A stretch of 64,000 nt of DNA from Octopus vulgaris (GCA_951406725.2 OX597834.1:46314001-46378000); one strand, 5' to 3'. Counted from the first letter of the stretch, positions 43,694 to 57,865 are shown. The notes: generated by a model not told the origin, from the sequence alone. Made by a program: numbers and translations.

Positions 43694-44022
43694 CATACAT
43701 ACATACATACATACATACATACATACATACATACATACATACATACATGCATACATACATACATACATACATACATACATACATACATACATACATACAT
43801 ACATACATACATACATACATACATACATACATACATACATACACATACATACATACATAACATACATACATACATACATACATACATACATACATACATA
43901 CATACATACATACATACATACATACATACATACATACATACATACATACATACATACATACATACATACATACATACATACATACATACATACATACATA
44001 CATACATACATACAAACATACA

Positions 44023-44056
<34 letters not shown>

Positions 44057-44531
44057 CATACATACACACACATACATACATACATACATACATACATACA
44101 TACATACATACAACATACATACATACATACATACATACATACACACACACATACATACATACAAACATACATACATACATACAAACATACATACATACAT
44201 ACAAACATGCATATATACATACGTACATACATACATACATACATACAAATATACATACATACATAAATACATACAAACATACATACATACTACATGCATA
44301 CATACACACACATACATACATACATAACATACATACATACATACATACATACATACATACATACAAACATACATACATACATACATACAAACATACATAC
44401 ATACATACAAACATACATACATACATACATACATAACATACATACATACATACATACATACACACATACATACATACATACATACATACATACATACATA
44501 CATACATACATACACACATACTATCATACAT

Positions 44532-44562
<31 letters not shown>

Positions 44563-44703
44563 TACACACACACACATACATACATACATACGTACGTACA
44601 TACATACATACATACATACATACACACATACACACATACATACATACATACATACATACATACATACATACATACATACATACATACATACATACATACA
44701 TAC
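42655..44703 (+). repeat. ~2-kb (CATA)n array
   Basis: Direct reading; near-pure, degenerating rightwards. Confidence 0.97.
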
Positions 44704-44704
44704 G

Positions 44705-44885
44705 AGCAATTGTTCATAAATAAAGCTGATATGTCAGAGGTAGAAGAAGAGCAAAGGAAGAATAGGAAGAAACAGGCTTCAATGTGAGTGGACAACAAGA
44801 AAGCCTTTGACTCTGTCCCCTTTCATGGATGCTGAAAGCCCTTCGACTTGTTAAAGTTCCAGAGATCATGATCAAAACTAAGCAT
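44705..44885 (+). mobile_element. R4/Dong-like RT fragment
   Basis: EQLFINK..VDNKKAFDSVP/SWMLKAL matches the non-LTR RT motif D..KAFDSVPHSW. Confidence 0.75.
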
Positions 44886-44889
44886 GAAC

Positions 44890-45320
44890 AAATAACCCCG
44901 TTGTTGATGTTGAAATTCCAATGAGGTAACCTTGGATCAAAATTAGAATTGACTCTTTTTCTATTAGCCAGAAATCTTGAAATAACTGAATAATGACATA
45001 CATACATACATACATACATACATACATACATACATGCATACATACATACATACATACATACGTACATACATACGTACATACATACATACATACATACATG
45101 CATACATACATACGTACATACATACATACATAAACATATGTAGACATACAACTATATTTATGGGAATACATACGCAAAACAAAGCATAAAAATCTGCACA
45201 AATACATACAAAATACCCTGTTGTTGTTGATGTTGAAATTCCAATGAAGAAGCCTCGAATCTAGGTTAGAAACCGGTTCTTTCTCTGATGGCAAGAAATA
45301 AAACTGAATAATGGCATAAA
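44890..45320 (+). mobile_element. Two tandem copies of a ~105-bp retroelement 3' end with (CATA)n tail
   Basis: gttgttgatgttgaaattccaatga..ttagaa..aactgaataatg(a/g)cata at 44890-44999 and 45212-45320. Confidence 0.6.
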
Positions 45321-45677
45321 TAAATACATACATTTATACGTATAAAGATAGTTATACTCTCGTGGAAGTACTCTCTGTTCACTGATGAAATTGTTAATTG
45401 TGGGATTGGGACAATGGAAAACTTAATCTCAGGTAAGTTATGGTCCATAAATATCTATCCCGGTCGTTATACTGGGGGCATTCCATCAGTTTGTATAATA
45501 ACATATAGTAGACACAAACACACACACATAAATATATATTTCCACACAAACGTGTGTGTGTGTGTGTGTAATTGTGTTTTTATATACATTTTTTCTATAC
45601 CTATATATGTGTATACATTTACAGAAACACGGACACGTATATGTATTGCTATATATGCACATATTTCTCTCTCCCTT

Positions 45678-45711
<34 letters not shown>

Positions 45712-45718
45712 CACACAC

Positions 45719-45758
<40 letters not shown>

Positions 45759-45818
45759 GTATATATATATATAGATATACACGCACACATATATATATTT
45801 ATATATATGTATATATGG

Positions 45819-45849
<31 letters not shown>

Positions 45850-45935
45850 CATGCATGCAAACGCACACACATAGACAAACACGCAGGCACGCACATACCC
45901 CCCCCCACACACACACACTTTATATATATACACAG

Positions 45936-45986
<51 letters not shown>

Positions 45987-46334
45987 TATATATGTGTATC
46001 TGTGTGTATTTAGGTGTGTCTGCATATTCATGTATGTATGTATGTAAGAATGTATGTACGTATGTACGTATGTATTATGAATGTATTTGGGGGAGATTTA
46101 TGTGTGTGTGTGTGTGTTAAAATATCGTGTTCCAACGCTATGTATGAGACGTGTAGATTACACTAAAGGTATGGGGTATGGTATACCTTTAAAGTTTCCG
46201 AGGAGATTAAGTGCCGATCATAATCCGATTAAGTTGCGTTAAAGAGCAAGATTCGTGACTCAAATAGGAAATGGTAACTTTAATTAGAATGGTACGTATA
46301 CGTATATATGCGTGAACGCGTGCGTATATATGTA

Positions 46335-46384
<50 letters not shown>

Positions 46385-46423
46385 CATACATACATACATA
46401 CATATATATATATACATACATAC

Positions 46424-46513
<90 letters not shown>

Positions 46514-46569
46514 GTATGCATATTTGTTATTATATATAAGTTTTAATTGTTATTATTACATAAGTTAAA

Positions 46570-46791
46570 ATGACATTGAGCTGGCAAGAATCGTTAGCGC
46601 GTCGGACAAAATATTCAGTGGCATTTCTTCCGACTCCTTGCGTTCTATGTTCAAACCCTGCTGCACTTAACTTTTTGGCATCTATAACATATAGTACCAG
46701 TCAGGTACTGTGGGCGGTGTAATCGACAAGCCTCGTCCAACAAAATGTCAGCCCTTGTGCTTATAGTAAAAAAGCAAGTATTATTATTATT

Positions 46792-46833
<42 letters not shown>

Positions 46834-47012
46834 CAATATTAATTTGGCGAGCTGGCCAAGCCGTTTGCACGTCGGCCAAAGTGCTTGCATCCGTATTTAC
46901 GTTTTGAGTTCAAATTTCACTGAAGTCGACTTTGCCTTTCATTCTTTCGAGGTTGATGAAATAAGTAATCGACTTACACCTTACACCCGAAGTTGTACCA
47001 AAATTTGAAACC
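46570..47012 (+). mobile_element. Two degenerate SINE family B copies (46570-46780, 46845-47012)
   Basis: gagctggc..gttcaaa..gtcgactttgcctttcat..gatgaaataagta. Confidence 0.7.
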
Positions 47013-47089
47013 ATCATTATTATTATCATTATTATTATCATTATTATTATTAGTAGTAGTAGTAGTAGTAGTAGTAGTTGTTGTTGTTG

Positions 47090-47270
47090 TGTGTTTATGT
47101 GTCTGTGTCCGCCACCATCGCTTGACAACTGATATTCGTGTGTTCACGTCCCCGTAACATAGTGGCTCGGCAAAAGATACCGATAGAATAAATACTAGGT
47201 TTACAAAGAATACGTTCTGGGATCGATTTGTTCGATTCAAGCCGGTGCTCCAGCATGGCCGCATCAAATG
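47090..47270 (+). mobile_element. SINE family A 3' part
   Basis: catcgcttgacaac..gtccccgtaac..accgatagaata..ggtgctccagcatggccgc. Confidence 0.8.
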
Positions 47271-47319
47271 AAAATATGTATATATATATATATATAAGTA
47301 TTATTATTATTATTATTCA

Positions 47320-47836
47320 GTAGTTTTATTTTTATAGCGTGCTTTCACTTCACTACCGAGCGCAGCTGTGTGTGCCTTGGGTATGTGCTGTGATTTGTTG
47401 TGATGCTCTGATGGTTATTGTATGGAAAGTGTTCTGCGTAGGATGTGTGCAGTGCCTAGTAGTGCAATTTTCTGTATGTTATATGTGTTTGTAAGTCCTG
47501 GTGTTTTTGTTATGTATTTGTCTGAATATTTTTTTATCATGCCTAATGCACCTACTATGATAGGAATTGTTTCTGTTTTCAGATTCCACATTCTAGTTAC
47601 CTCTATTTCCAGGTCTTTGTATTTTGAGAGTTTCTCCATTTCTTTTAGAGACACGATGTCCTCAGCCGGTATTGATACATCAATTAGAAAGCATTTTTTT
47701 CTTCATGATCTCTGACAACTATATCTGGTCTGTTGGCCTTAATTTCTCTATCTGTGTGTATCGGCATATCCCAGAGTATGGTTGCTTTCTCGTTTTCTGT
47801 GACCTTTTCTGGTGTGTACCTATACCATCTTTTTTC

Positions 47837-47842
<6 letters not shown>
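47320..47842 (-). mobile_element. 5'-truncated Dong/R4 LINE 3' end (RLE endonuclease domain) inserted in (TAA)n
   Basis: ILWDMPIHTDREIKANRPDIVV..LIDVSIP..KEMEKLSKYKDL..PIIVGALG..LLGTAHILRR; one frameshift in an A-run near 47695; (TAA)n on both flanks, the known Dong target. Confidence 0.9.
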
Positions 47843-47903
<61 letters not shown>

Positions 47904-48452
47904 GAGTGAGCGAGCAGAGCATGCCATCAAAGTGACACAGGGGTAAAATATACGAAGCCCAGTATATCCATCATGACTACCCGTCTGATAAGGGTACACA
48001 TGGCACATGCATCACAACCATATGTGCGCGACATGGTGATCTCATATCAAGATAAACAGCACATGGCCTTGCATGTGGGGCCCAGTTAGAGTTTTCTTCT
48101 GGTCGAGTAACCCATCCCGCTCAAAAGGTCCCTGAATAAGGGTTGTTTAAGGATGATGAACGAAACGCCCATGTTTCCAGAAGTGAATTACTCAAACCCC
48201 AAAGAATCCCTCTCAACACATGGCTATGATGCTCCCCCACTACTTCTGCTCGTGATCAGAGATGCACATATCGTCAGCCATTAAGGGACATGCTCAACTG
48301 GTCAAACACCTGACAAGCAAATCTGTAGTATTGAGCAGAATATTTTCTGTAGCCCATCTTTTATACCAAGACAAAACAATGTACATGATAACACTTGCAA
48401 TCAGTTAAGATCAGAAGCCATGAGAGCCACTGCCTGGTACTGCATCAGGGCA

Positions 48453-48455
<3 letters not shown>
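47904..48455 (+). mobile_element. ~550-bp non-coding interspersed repeat flanked by (ATT)n
   Basis: Homologous to 9325-9865 (reverse); (ATT)n on both sides. Confidence 0.8.
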
Positions 48456-48500
<45 letters not shown>

Positions 48501-48514
48501 CATCATTACCATTA

Positions 48515-48602
48515 AGGCGGCGAATTGGCAGAATCGTTTGCAAAATGCTTTTCGTTTGTCTTTACGTTCTGAGTTCAAATTCTGCCGAGGTCGATTTTAT
48601 CC
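48515..48602 (+). mobile_element. SINE family B head fragment
   Basis: ggcggcgaattggcagaatcgtt..gagttcaaattctgccgaggtcga. Confidence 0.75.
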
Positions 48603-49061
48603 ATACCATATGCAATTAAGTGGGAAAAAGTAGAGAAATCCAAGCCATATGTTAATGGATCTAAGAAATGCAACTGATGCGTAGGAGAAAGATCTCATAG
48701 TTTTCTCCGATCCTCAATTTCAACACACTGCTTGATTTGAGATCTGAAACTTTTACCAGGTGTAGATACAAGGACAAGTTTCTTTTATCGAACTGGAGGC
48801 CAGTTCTAAACCAGTTGTATTTGATATGCTTTCTGCAATAAGGGAGGACGAGGATCGTAGTTCTTAATTTCCTTTCTGTTTTCTCATTCCATTTTTTGCA
48901 CCAACCTTCTTCACGTTTTTCCTCATTTTCTTGTTTTTTTTTTAAATTATATATAACGCATAAACAGAGCCCGAAAGATTGCTGTAAGATACCTGGCGTA
49001 TTATATAGATATTCCTGTTTCAAGGGTCGTAATGGCATGAAACTATAAGTAGCTCTTTAAG

Positions 49062-49315
49062 TTACTCTTTTACTCTTTTACTTGTTTCAGTCATTTGACT
49101 GTGGCCATGCTGGAGCACCGCCTTTAGTCGGGCAAATCGACCCCATGACTTACTCTTTGGAAGCCTAGGACTTATTCTATCGGTCTCTTTTGCCGAACCA
49201 CTAAGTTACAGGGACGTAAACACACCAGCATCGGTTGTCAAGCGATGTTGGGGGACAAACACAGACACACAAATATATACACACACATACATACATACAT
49301 ACATACATACATACA

Positions 49316-49345
<30 letters not shown>
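49062..49345 (-). mobile_element. SINE family A 3' half (its head lies at 52772-52937)
   Basis: Match to consensus up to the internal microsatellite. Confidence 0.9.
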
Positions 49346-49389
<44 letters not shown>

Positions 49390-49394
<5 letters not shown>

Positions 49395-52300
49395 ATATTA
49401 ATTAGAGACAAAACCACTATTATGCAAATCAAACAAAGAAAGACTTAATCCAATACATAAAAAATTTTATATAAATTAAATATAATTAAGATATCCACTA
49501 CGATCGTTTCTTGTCACTTCTATTGACATTCATCAGGTGGTTTCAAGACCTAAAATATAATCAATATTTTTAAGATATAAATTTGAAATGACTAATATAT
49601 ATAAAAAATATAAAATTATAAAATTATCAATGAAAATATATATAATCAAGAACTAAAATAACCTCTATAAACGATTGTATATAATGAAACCTAGTATATT
49701 TACATTCTCATATTTAAAGATGAAATAGCTAATTTCAAAAAACAAAAAATAAAAAATACATATACACACATGCTCATGCACATATATCCATGTATGTATA
49801 TAAACATATCTAAATACTTACACAAACTCACACACACATATATATATCTATACATACACATAAACATATAGACAAAGATAAATTTATAATGTAGCCGTAT
49901 ACTTCTACACATTGCTTATTTATACTCCCACACACACACATATAATCACTCATTCATAAACAAATTCTCTCAACATGATACTAACACAGAGGAAATATAA
50001 CATCCAGTAGCCGCAGATACTCAACCACAAACTTATAGAAATATTTCATTCTTAGTAAAATATTATTAAATGCTATATACTATATATATGTAATAAACAT
50101 ATATAAATACGTAAACAAACACACACACATATATATTCTATATACTATATGCATGTAATAAGCATATATAAATACGTAAACAAACACACACACACGTATA
50201 TATTTTTATACATACACAAATACATAAAGACAATATTTCTACACATTAATAATGCATACTCGCACACACACACATACAATCATTCATACATAAACGTATG
50301 CACACTGCAATACTCTAACACAGAGGAGGAACAAATCCAGTAGACACAGATACTCAGCTACATACTTATAGGAATAATCCTTACTTAGTAATATATTATT
50401 AAAAAATACTATAATTACTATAAACAAATTTATGAATGGGAATATTATCTTATATAAAATTATTCTATTATTAAACATAGCCTAAACCATTTTAAATCGA
50501 AATCAATCTATTTATCAAAGTTTGTCTAAATTATTTAATAACTAATAACAAAGAAGAATACGATAAATAGATCCCTACATAAACAACAAGATTAACATAA
50601 GGAGAATATTATTATTCAAAGGCTTATACATATTAAAAATTATACATGTTAAAAATTACAATTTTTGGAGATCTTAAAATATACGTACCTTCTTTGCCAG
50701 TTTTAAACTATGAGTAAATTTGAATGACAAACGTCTTACAGCGTTTAAGAAATTACGTTATCAACAGAAATAGAATAAATTTTTAATAAATTCTTTGCGC
50801 GTGATGAACCAACGTTATTTAAAAATTATGAATGGAATAATATGTTTATCATCGTAAATAGAATGAATTTACTAAAATATTCTTTAATAAAACAAGCATG
50901 ATAAACGAAAACCAAAACAAAACAAATATAATGATCAAAACCAGCCATTACCAGATACACAAGAACAAACCTATATAGCAATCCCCCCCCCATCTATACA
51001 TTCACACACATATTTACACACATATTTACACACACCCACACCCATATACATATACTCACTCTCACATACATATACATACGTACAATACTCGATATATACA
51101 CCAATATATTCACACCCACACTCATATAAATAAATAAATACATATACATCCATAAATATATATATATATATATACACACATCAAATACTCATATATATAA
51201 ACACACACATTCACAAAAAAATAAGTATGAGTGTGTACACTCATACGGGTGCAAACTCGCGCACATGCAAGCATGCATGTATACATGTGCATGCACAAGC
51301 ACACGCATGTACATGTGCACGCATGCACACCCGCTTCTACACATACACTAGTACACGCGCACACGTGCACACACGCACATGCTCATGCATATTCACGGAC
51401 ACCCTCCCATACATCTATATATACGTATTTATGGCTACATCACAATCCCACCCAGCATAAATAAATCTGCCATGATCACCATTCCCAAACTATAATACAA
51501 GGGGATTGGAAACATTCACAATATGTAGGGGACAACCATCCAAATCCACCCTAAGCATTCAACTACATGTGGTTCACATTCATCCAATTCAACCCGTATC
51601 AGGTTATACCCATATAAGCCATGAATTAATATTATAGTATAATATATGAATGTAAATAAACATATCTAAATACGTATACAAATCCACATACACATATATA
51701 TATCTATACATACACATATACATATAGACACAGATATAAAAGTCATTAAAAAATAACCATGATAAATGAAACCCACATAAAAAATTAAATGACTAAAACC
51801 ACCATTAATAAATACACATACACATCTATATAGCAATATCCCCACACTATAAACTATTTCCCACACCCCCACATCCCAATCTAACACTAATATTTATAAC
51901 AAACCCATACAAACTACACAAAAAATTTATAGTACAACCACACACACGCATACACAATATAATAAAATACCAAACACACACATGCACATATACATATATA
52001 CACATATACACATACACATACACATGCACAAATACGTATATACACACACACACATCTACATACATATACATATACATACACATATACACATATATACTCA
52101 AATACTTTCATATACATATATACACACACATGTACACACACCTACACCACACACATATACATACTCATACATACTTATACATACATACTTATACATACAT
52201 ACAATACTCGATATATACACCAATGTATACACGCCCACACCATCCAAATAAATAAATATATATACATCAACAAATACTCATATATACAAACACACACATT

Positions 52301-52760
52301 CACATAAATTATAAATAAATATATATAAAAGTCTATATACAACAATACATAATAGAGGTAAATAATAAAATAAAATAAATAAAATAAATAAAATAAATCT
52401 AAAATAAATCTAAAATAAATAAATAAAATTGTAACTTACCAGACTCAATATTCAATAAACAGTTATATATTTAATATACATTAATAAGAAATTAATTAAT
52501 ACAATGAAAAACCATCTATAATCTAGCTATAATTAAAACCTAAACTACATAACTAAAATAAATTATTATAAAAATAAAAAGTACTCTAAACATTTAAAAT
52601 TTATAATACTAGAACAAAACCTATAATAGGGAGCTATTTAATATTAATAAATAATTATTATTTATCATTATACTTATTATATAAGTAAAGTAACCTGTGT
52701 CTGCATGTTATTTTGCGCTCTTCACCTGTATTCAGTAAATTATCATACCTATAAAATAAA
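49390..52760 (-). mobile_element. ~3.4-kb AT-rich non-coding PLE-like insertion within the SINE internal (TA)n
   Basis: Separates two colinear halves of one SINE; hammerhead ~105 bp from the left end; internal duplications; no RT ORF seen. Confidence 0.55.
49495..49540 (-). ncRNA. Type I minimal hammerhead ribozyme
   Basis: ccac-CTGATGA-a-TGTCA-atagaag-TGACA-a-GAAAC-GATC-GTA-gtgg: 4-bp stem I, 5-bp stem II, palindromic loop III. Confidence 0.8.
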
Positions 52761-52771
52761 CATATACATAT

Positions 52772-52937
52772 ATGCGACGGGCTTCTTTCACTTTCCGTCT
52801 ACCAAATCCAATCACAAGGCTTTGGTCGGCCCGAGGCTATAGTAGAAGACACCTACCCAAGATGCCACGCAGTGGGACTGAATCCGGAACCATGTGGTTC
52901 GTAAGCAAGCTACTTACCACACAGCCACTCCTGCGCC
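52772..52937 (-). mobile_element. SINE family A head half
   Basis: gcgacgggcttctttc..accacacagccactcctgcgcc. Confidence 0.9.
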
Positions 52938-52960
52938 TAGTTGTGTATTTAATTTGATAT

Positions 52961-53005
<45 letters not shown>

Positions 53006-53041
53006 CGTGTGTACGTGTGAGTGTAGATTGATCGAAGGTGA

Positions 53042-53072
<31 letters not shown>

Positions 53073-53182
53073 AAAGGAGGAGGAGGAGGAGAATAATGAT
53101 GATGATGATGATGATGATGACAACGCCTTGGGGACAAAGATGACGATGACGACGACGACAATCATCACGTTGATGAACATAA

Positions 53183-53597
53183 GGCGTAGGAGTGGCTGCG
53201 TCGTAAGTAGCTTGCTTACGAACCACATGGTTTCGAGTTCAGTCCTACTGCGTGGCACCTTGGACAAGCGTCTTCTACTATAGCCTCGGGCCGACCAAGG
53301 CCTTGTGAGTGGATTTGGTAGACAGAAACTGAAAGAAGCCCGTCTTATATATGCATATGTATATGTATGTGTGTTTATATGTTTGTCTATGCTTGTCCCC
53401 CCCCCCAACATCGCTTGACAACCGATGCTGGTGTGTTTACGTCCCCGTAACTTAGCGGTTCGGCAAAAGAGACCGATAGAATAAGTACTAGGCTTACAAA
53501 TAATAAGTCCTCGGGTCGATTTGCTCGACTAAAGGCGGTGCTCCAGCATGGCCGCAGTCAAATGCCTGAAACAAGTAAAAGAGTAAAGAGTAGAGTA
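53183..53597 (+). mobile_element. SINE family A, full-length reference copy
   Basis: tRNA-like head (A box tggctgcgtcg, B box agttcagtcc), ccttggacaag core, internal microsatellite, (agagta)n tail. Confidence 0.92.
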
Positions 53598-54448
53598 TGA
53601 TGTCGACGACGACGATAATTTCGATGATGTTAATGACAATGATGACGACCAGGAGGAGGAGGAGGAGGAGGAGGAGGAGGAGGAGGAGGAGGAGGAGGAG
53701 GAGGAGGATGACGATGACAATGTCGATGCCGATATTGAGAACAACGATTCTCATGATTATAACGAAACTGGTTATTTAATCACAGAATTCGACTCCGCAA
53801 TTCGCCGAACGAATTGAAACTTCGTGTGTCAGCTCGTTGTGCGGCTTTGCACATCACACAGCATGTGATACGACAAGGATATCACTCCAACTATTTCAAT
53901 TCTTCCATCTTCGATTCGGACAAACAAATGAGATTCCAGAAAACTCCCCAGTGTGATAGAAAAAGGTTAACAAAATCGGCAGAACTTCCTAGAAGCCATT
54001 TTTAATTGTAGTTGGGTCGAATGAATAAAGATGGCCGCTTGACAAGGACACGCAGCAGCCAGGAATAAGTCAAACTAAAGGAGTGAATCGAAATAGCACC
54101 TATTCCTAGCTTCCGGTTAATTTTAAAACAGGAAGGAAGCCCTCCAACGATTTCATCTAACAGCATGCATATATACACACGTATATACACACATTATATG
54201 CGCATACTGATATATGCAAACATATACAAATATACACTTATTAACATATGCGTATATAAATGCACACATGTACACACGCGCAAACAACTACACACATGCA
54301 TGCACACACGCATGCTTACGCACGCAAACTAGGGAAATATGCACAAATACACACGCAGTCAAGCATACACATATACACGTACAGATACACACATAAACGC
54401 ACACTGCACCTGCATGCAAACATACACAGATATACATGCGCAGAAACG

Positions 54449-54492
<44 letters not shown>

Positions 54493-54654
54493 AAGTACAT
54501 CCACGCTTGTTGAAACGGTTGTCTAGGCGAGATGTACTGACATAACTCCTCCAAAATAACTTTCATCAAGACATGTTTGTCTCGATGTAAAATGTGCGTG
54601 TGTGTATGTGTGTGTGTTGTATGTGCATGTGTGTGTTGTGTGTGTGTATGTGTG

Positions 54655-54687
<33 letters not shown>

Positions 54688-55490
54688 GTGTGTGTGTGTT
54701 TTTGTGTTGTATGTGCATGTGTGTGTGTTGTGTGTGTGTGCGCATGTGCGTGAGAGTGTCTGTGATTGTGTGTGTGTGTGTCTGTGTGTGTGTGTGTCTG
54801 TGTGTGTGTGTGTCTGTGTGTGTGTGTGTGTCTGTGTGTGTGTGTGCTTGTGTGAAGGCTAAGAACGTACGTGTGTGTGTGTGTATTGTCTGCATGTGGT
54901 TTTGCCGATACGTCGCTGTCTATGTATAGCTGTGTGTGTTTGTGAAGGTGAAGAACGTGTGTGTGAGTATACGTGTGTGTGTGTGTGTGCTTGTAATGTG
55001 TGCGTGTTTATGACGATATACTTGTGTGTATGTGTGTGTCTGAGTTGTTTGCTTTTGAATCTTTGCGTGAATATATGCACGTGTACGCGTATCTAATAGC
55101 GTGTGTCTTTGTGTGTGTGTGTATGTGTGTGTGTTTGTGTATGTTCCTAGCCTTCACGCACGCACACACACACGCACACACAATCACAAACACTCTCACG
55201 CACATGTGCACACACACACAACACACACACATGCACATACAACACAAAAACACACACACACAACACACACACACAACACACACACAACACACACACAACA
55301 CACACACAACACACACACAACACACATATGTGCGTGCATGTGTGTACAGGTGTGTATGTCTGTGTGGCGAGGAGCCGGGTGAGTTGCATCTGTACATGAG
55401 TGAATGTGTGTGTGTGTGTGTGCGCGAATCTGTATGTGTGTCTGTATTTGTATGTGTGTGAGTGTCTCTGTGCCTGTTTACGCTTGCGTA

Positions 55491-55559
<69 letters not shown>

Positions 55560-55814
55560 AAAGCAGACGACAGATCGAAGCTATTACTTCCGATAGTTAA
55601 CACGATTCTTCGGCTCAGCAACGATTTTACATTGCGACAGCAGGAATACCAGAATGACATGGACGAGAGGGGGGGAAGCGATGGTGGTGGTGGGGAAGTG
55701 GAGGTGGTGCTTGTACTGACGCTGGGGATAGAAGTTCTGGTGGTGATGATGGTAGTGGTGGTGGTGGTTATAGTGGTGGCTATGGTGATGTGATCTGTTG
55801 TGCTGGGATGTTGA

Positions 55815-56085
<271 letters not shown>

Positions 56086-56209
56086 ATACCTGTGCAGCTG
56101 CGGAGATTAATAGCGGAGGCAATGGTACGGTGTACGAGGGTGAGAGTAACGAAAGAGAACGCTGACATTTGTTAGAGAAAGAGCAAGTAATAATAATAAT
56201 AATAATAAT

Positions 56210-56408
56210 AATATTTTCTACTGTAAGCACAAGGCCAGAAATTTAGGGGGAGGGGCAAGTCATTTATACCGACCCCAGTGCGCAACTGGTACTTATTTCA
56301 TCGACCCTGAAAGGATGAAAGGCAAAGTCGACCTCGGCGGAATTTGAACTCAGAACGTGAGGACGGACGAAATGCATTTTGCTAACGATTCTACCAGTTC
56401 GTCGCCTT
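56210..56408 (-). mobile_element. SINE family B
   Basis: ctggtacttatttcatcgaccctgaaaggatgaaaggcaaagtcgacctcggcggaatttgaactc. Confidence 0.9.
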
Positions 56409-56414
56409 AATAAG

Positions 56415-56635
56415 AAGAAACGTTAGCACGACGGGCGAAATGCTCAGCGGTATTTCGTCTGCCGCTACGTTGTGAGTTCAAATTCCGCCGAGGTTGACTT
56501 TGCCTTTCATCATTTCGGGGTCGATAAATTAAGGACCAGTTACGCACTGGGGTCGATATAATCGACTTAATCCGTTTGTCTGTCCTTGTTTGTCCCCTCT
56601 ATGTTTAGCCCCTTGTGAGCAATAAAGAAATAAGA
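56415..56635 (+). mobile_element. SINE family B
   Basis: gagttcaaattccgccgaggttgactttgcctttcatcatttcggggtcgataaattaagg. Confidence 0.9.
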
Positions 56636-56904
56636 AATCTCTAAGAGTTTTGTTCACTCGGTTCGATTCATTGAGCGTCAGGTAACATTCTAGATGCCAA
56701 CCGCCCCAATCTTGGTCTACGTTTGACCCATGACTGCAGCTCCATCAATGCGATGAACGGATGATGAAGGAGACGGTGGTGGTAGTGTTGGTGATTTCTT
56801 TTGTTCGACACAGGAGCCTAAGATGAGGAGCATAACAAGGGCAATTTACAAAATGTGTTGAGTTTTTCATAACAGATGAGAGAAAGTGAAAGGATAATGA
56901 AATG

Positions 56905-57304
56905 CTCTCTTTTACTCTTTTACTTGTTTCCGTCATTTGACTGCGGCCATGCTGGAGCACCGCTTTTAGTCGAGCAAATCGACCCCATGACTTATTCTTT
57001 GGGAGCCTAGGACTTATTCTATTGGTCTCTTTTGCCGAACCGCTAAGTTATGAGGACGTAAACACACCAGCATCGGTTGTCAAGCGATACTGGGGGGGGG
57101 GACAAACACAGGCTCATAAACATATACATACACATACACATATACATATATACGACGAGCTTCTTTTAGTTTCCGTCTACCAAATCCACTCACAAGGCTT
57201 TGGTCGGCCCGAGGCTATAGTAGAAGACACTTGCTCAAGGTTTCGCGCAGTGAGAATGAACCCGGAACCATGTGGTTCGTAAGCAAGCTACTTACTACAC
57301 AGCC
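56905..57304 (-). mobile_element. SINE family A, nearly full length
   Basis: Reverse match to the 53183 copy. Confidence 0.9.
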
Positions 57305-57808
57305 AAAATGAGATGAAAGGTGTACATAATTTACAAAATATTTGAACACATCTATGATGCATTCCACTTGATCCAACGAGGATCAGTCAAATAACCCCAC
57401 GGATCCAGGATCCCCTTGATCCCCAAAACCATGAGCCCCCTTACCCAACGGTTCTCCAATCTACAGATTAGATCCTTTCCTCCGAAACATTTCTGCAAAA
57501 GCCACTCAACTTTTTGAGAAAGAGAGAGAACTTTGCTTTTCACCTTTCCTTTCCTTTCCTAATGGAATGGTTGGAAAAGTGGATGGAAGAAAAGGAAGAA
57601 GCGAGTGTGGAAATCTCATTAATCAACCGAGTCGACATGAGATCGATAGTTCAATATTTACTGATATGTCGCACGATCTGATAGAACCAATATAAATATA
57701 AATGTCACTTTCAAATGCATTCCCCACCCCCGTCCCCAACTGCTGAAATGTAACTGATAAATCGATCAAAGTCGAAGCAACAGCAGCAGTAGCAGCAACA
57801 ACAGCGGC

Positions 57809-57852
<44 letters not shown>

Positions 57853-57865
57853 CAGCAGTAGTTGC

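Noticed and set aside
42623-44798. Long ORFs (up to 690 aa) and the many YI/CV/HT/poly-X ORFs across the window
   Set aside because: Translations of stop-free microsatellites; no domain content.
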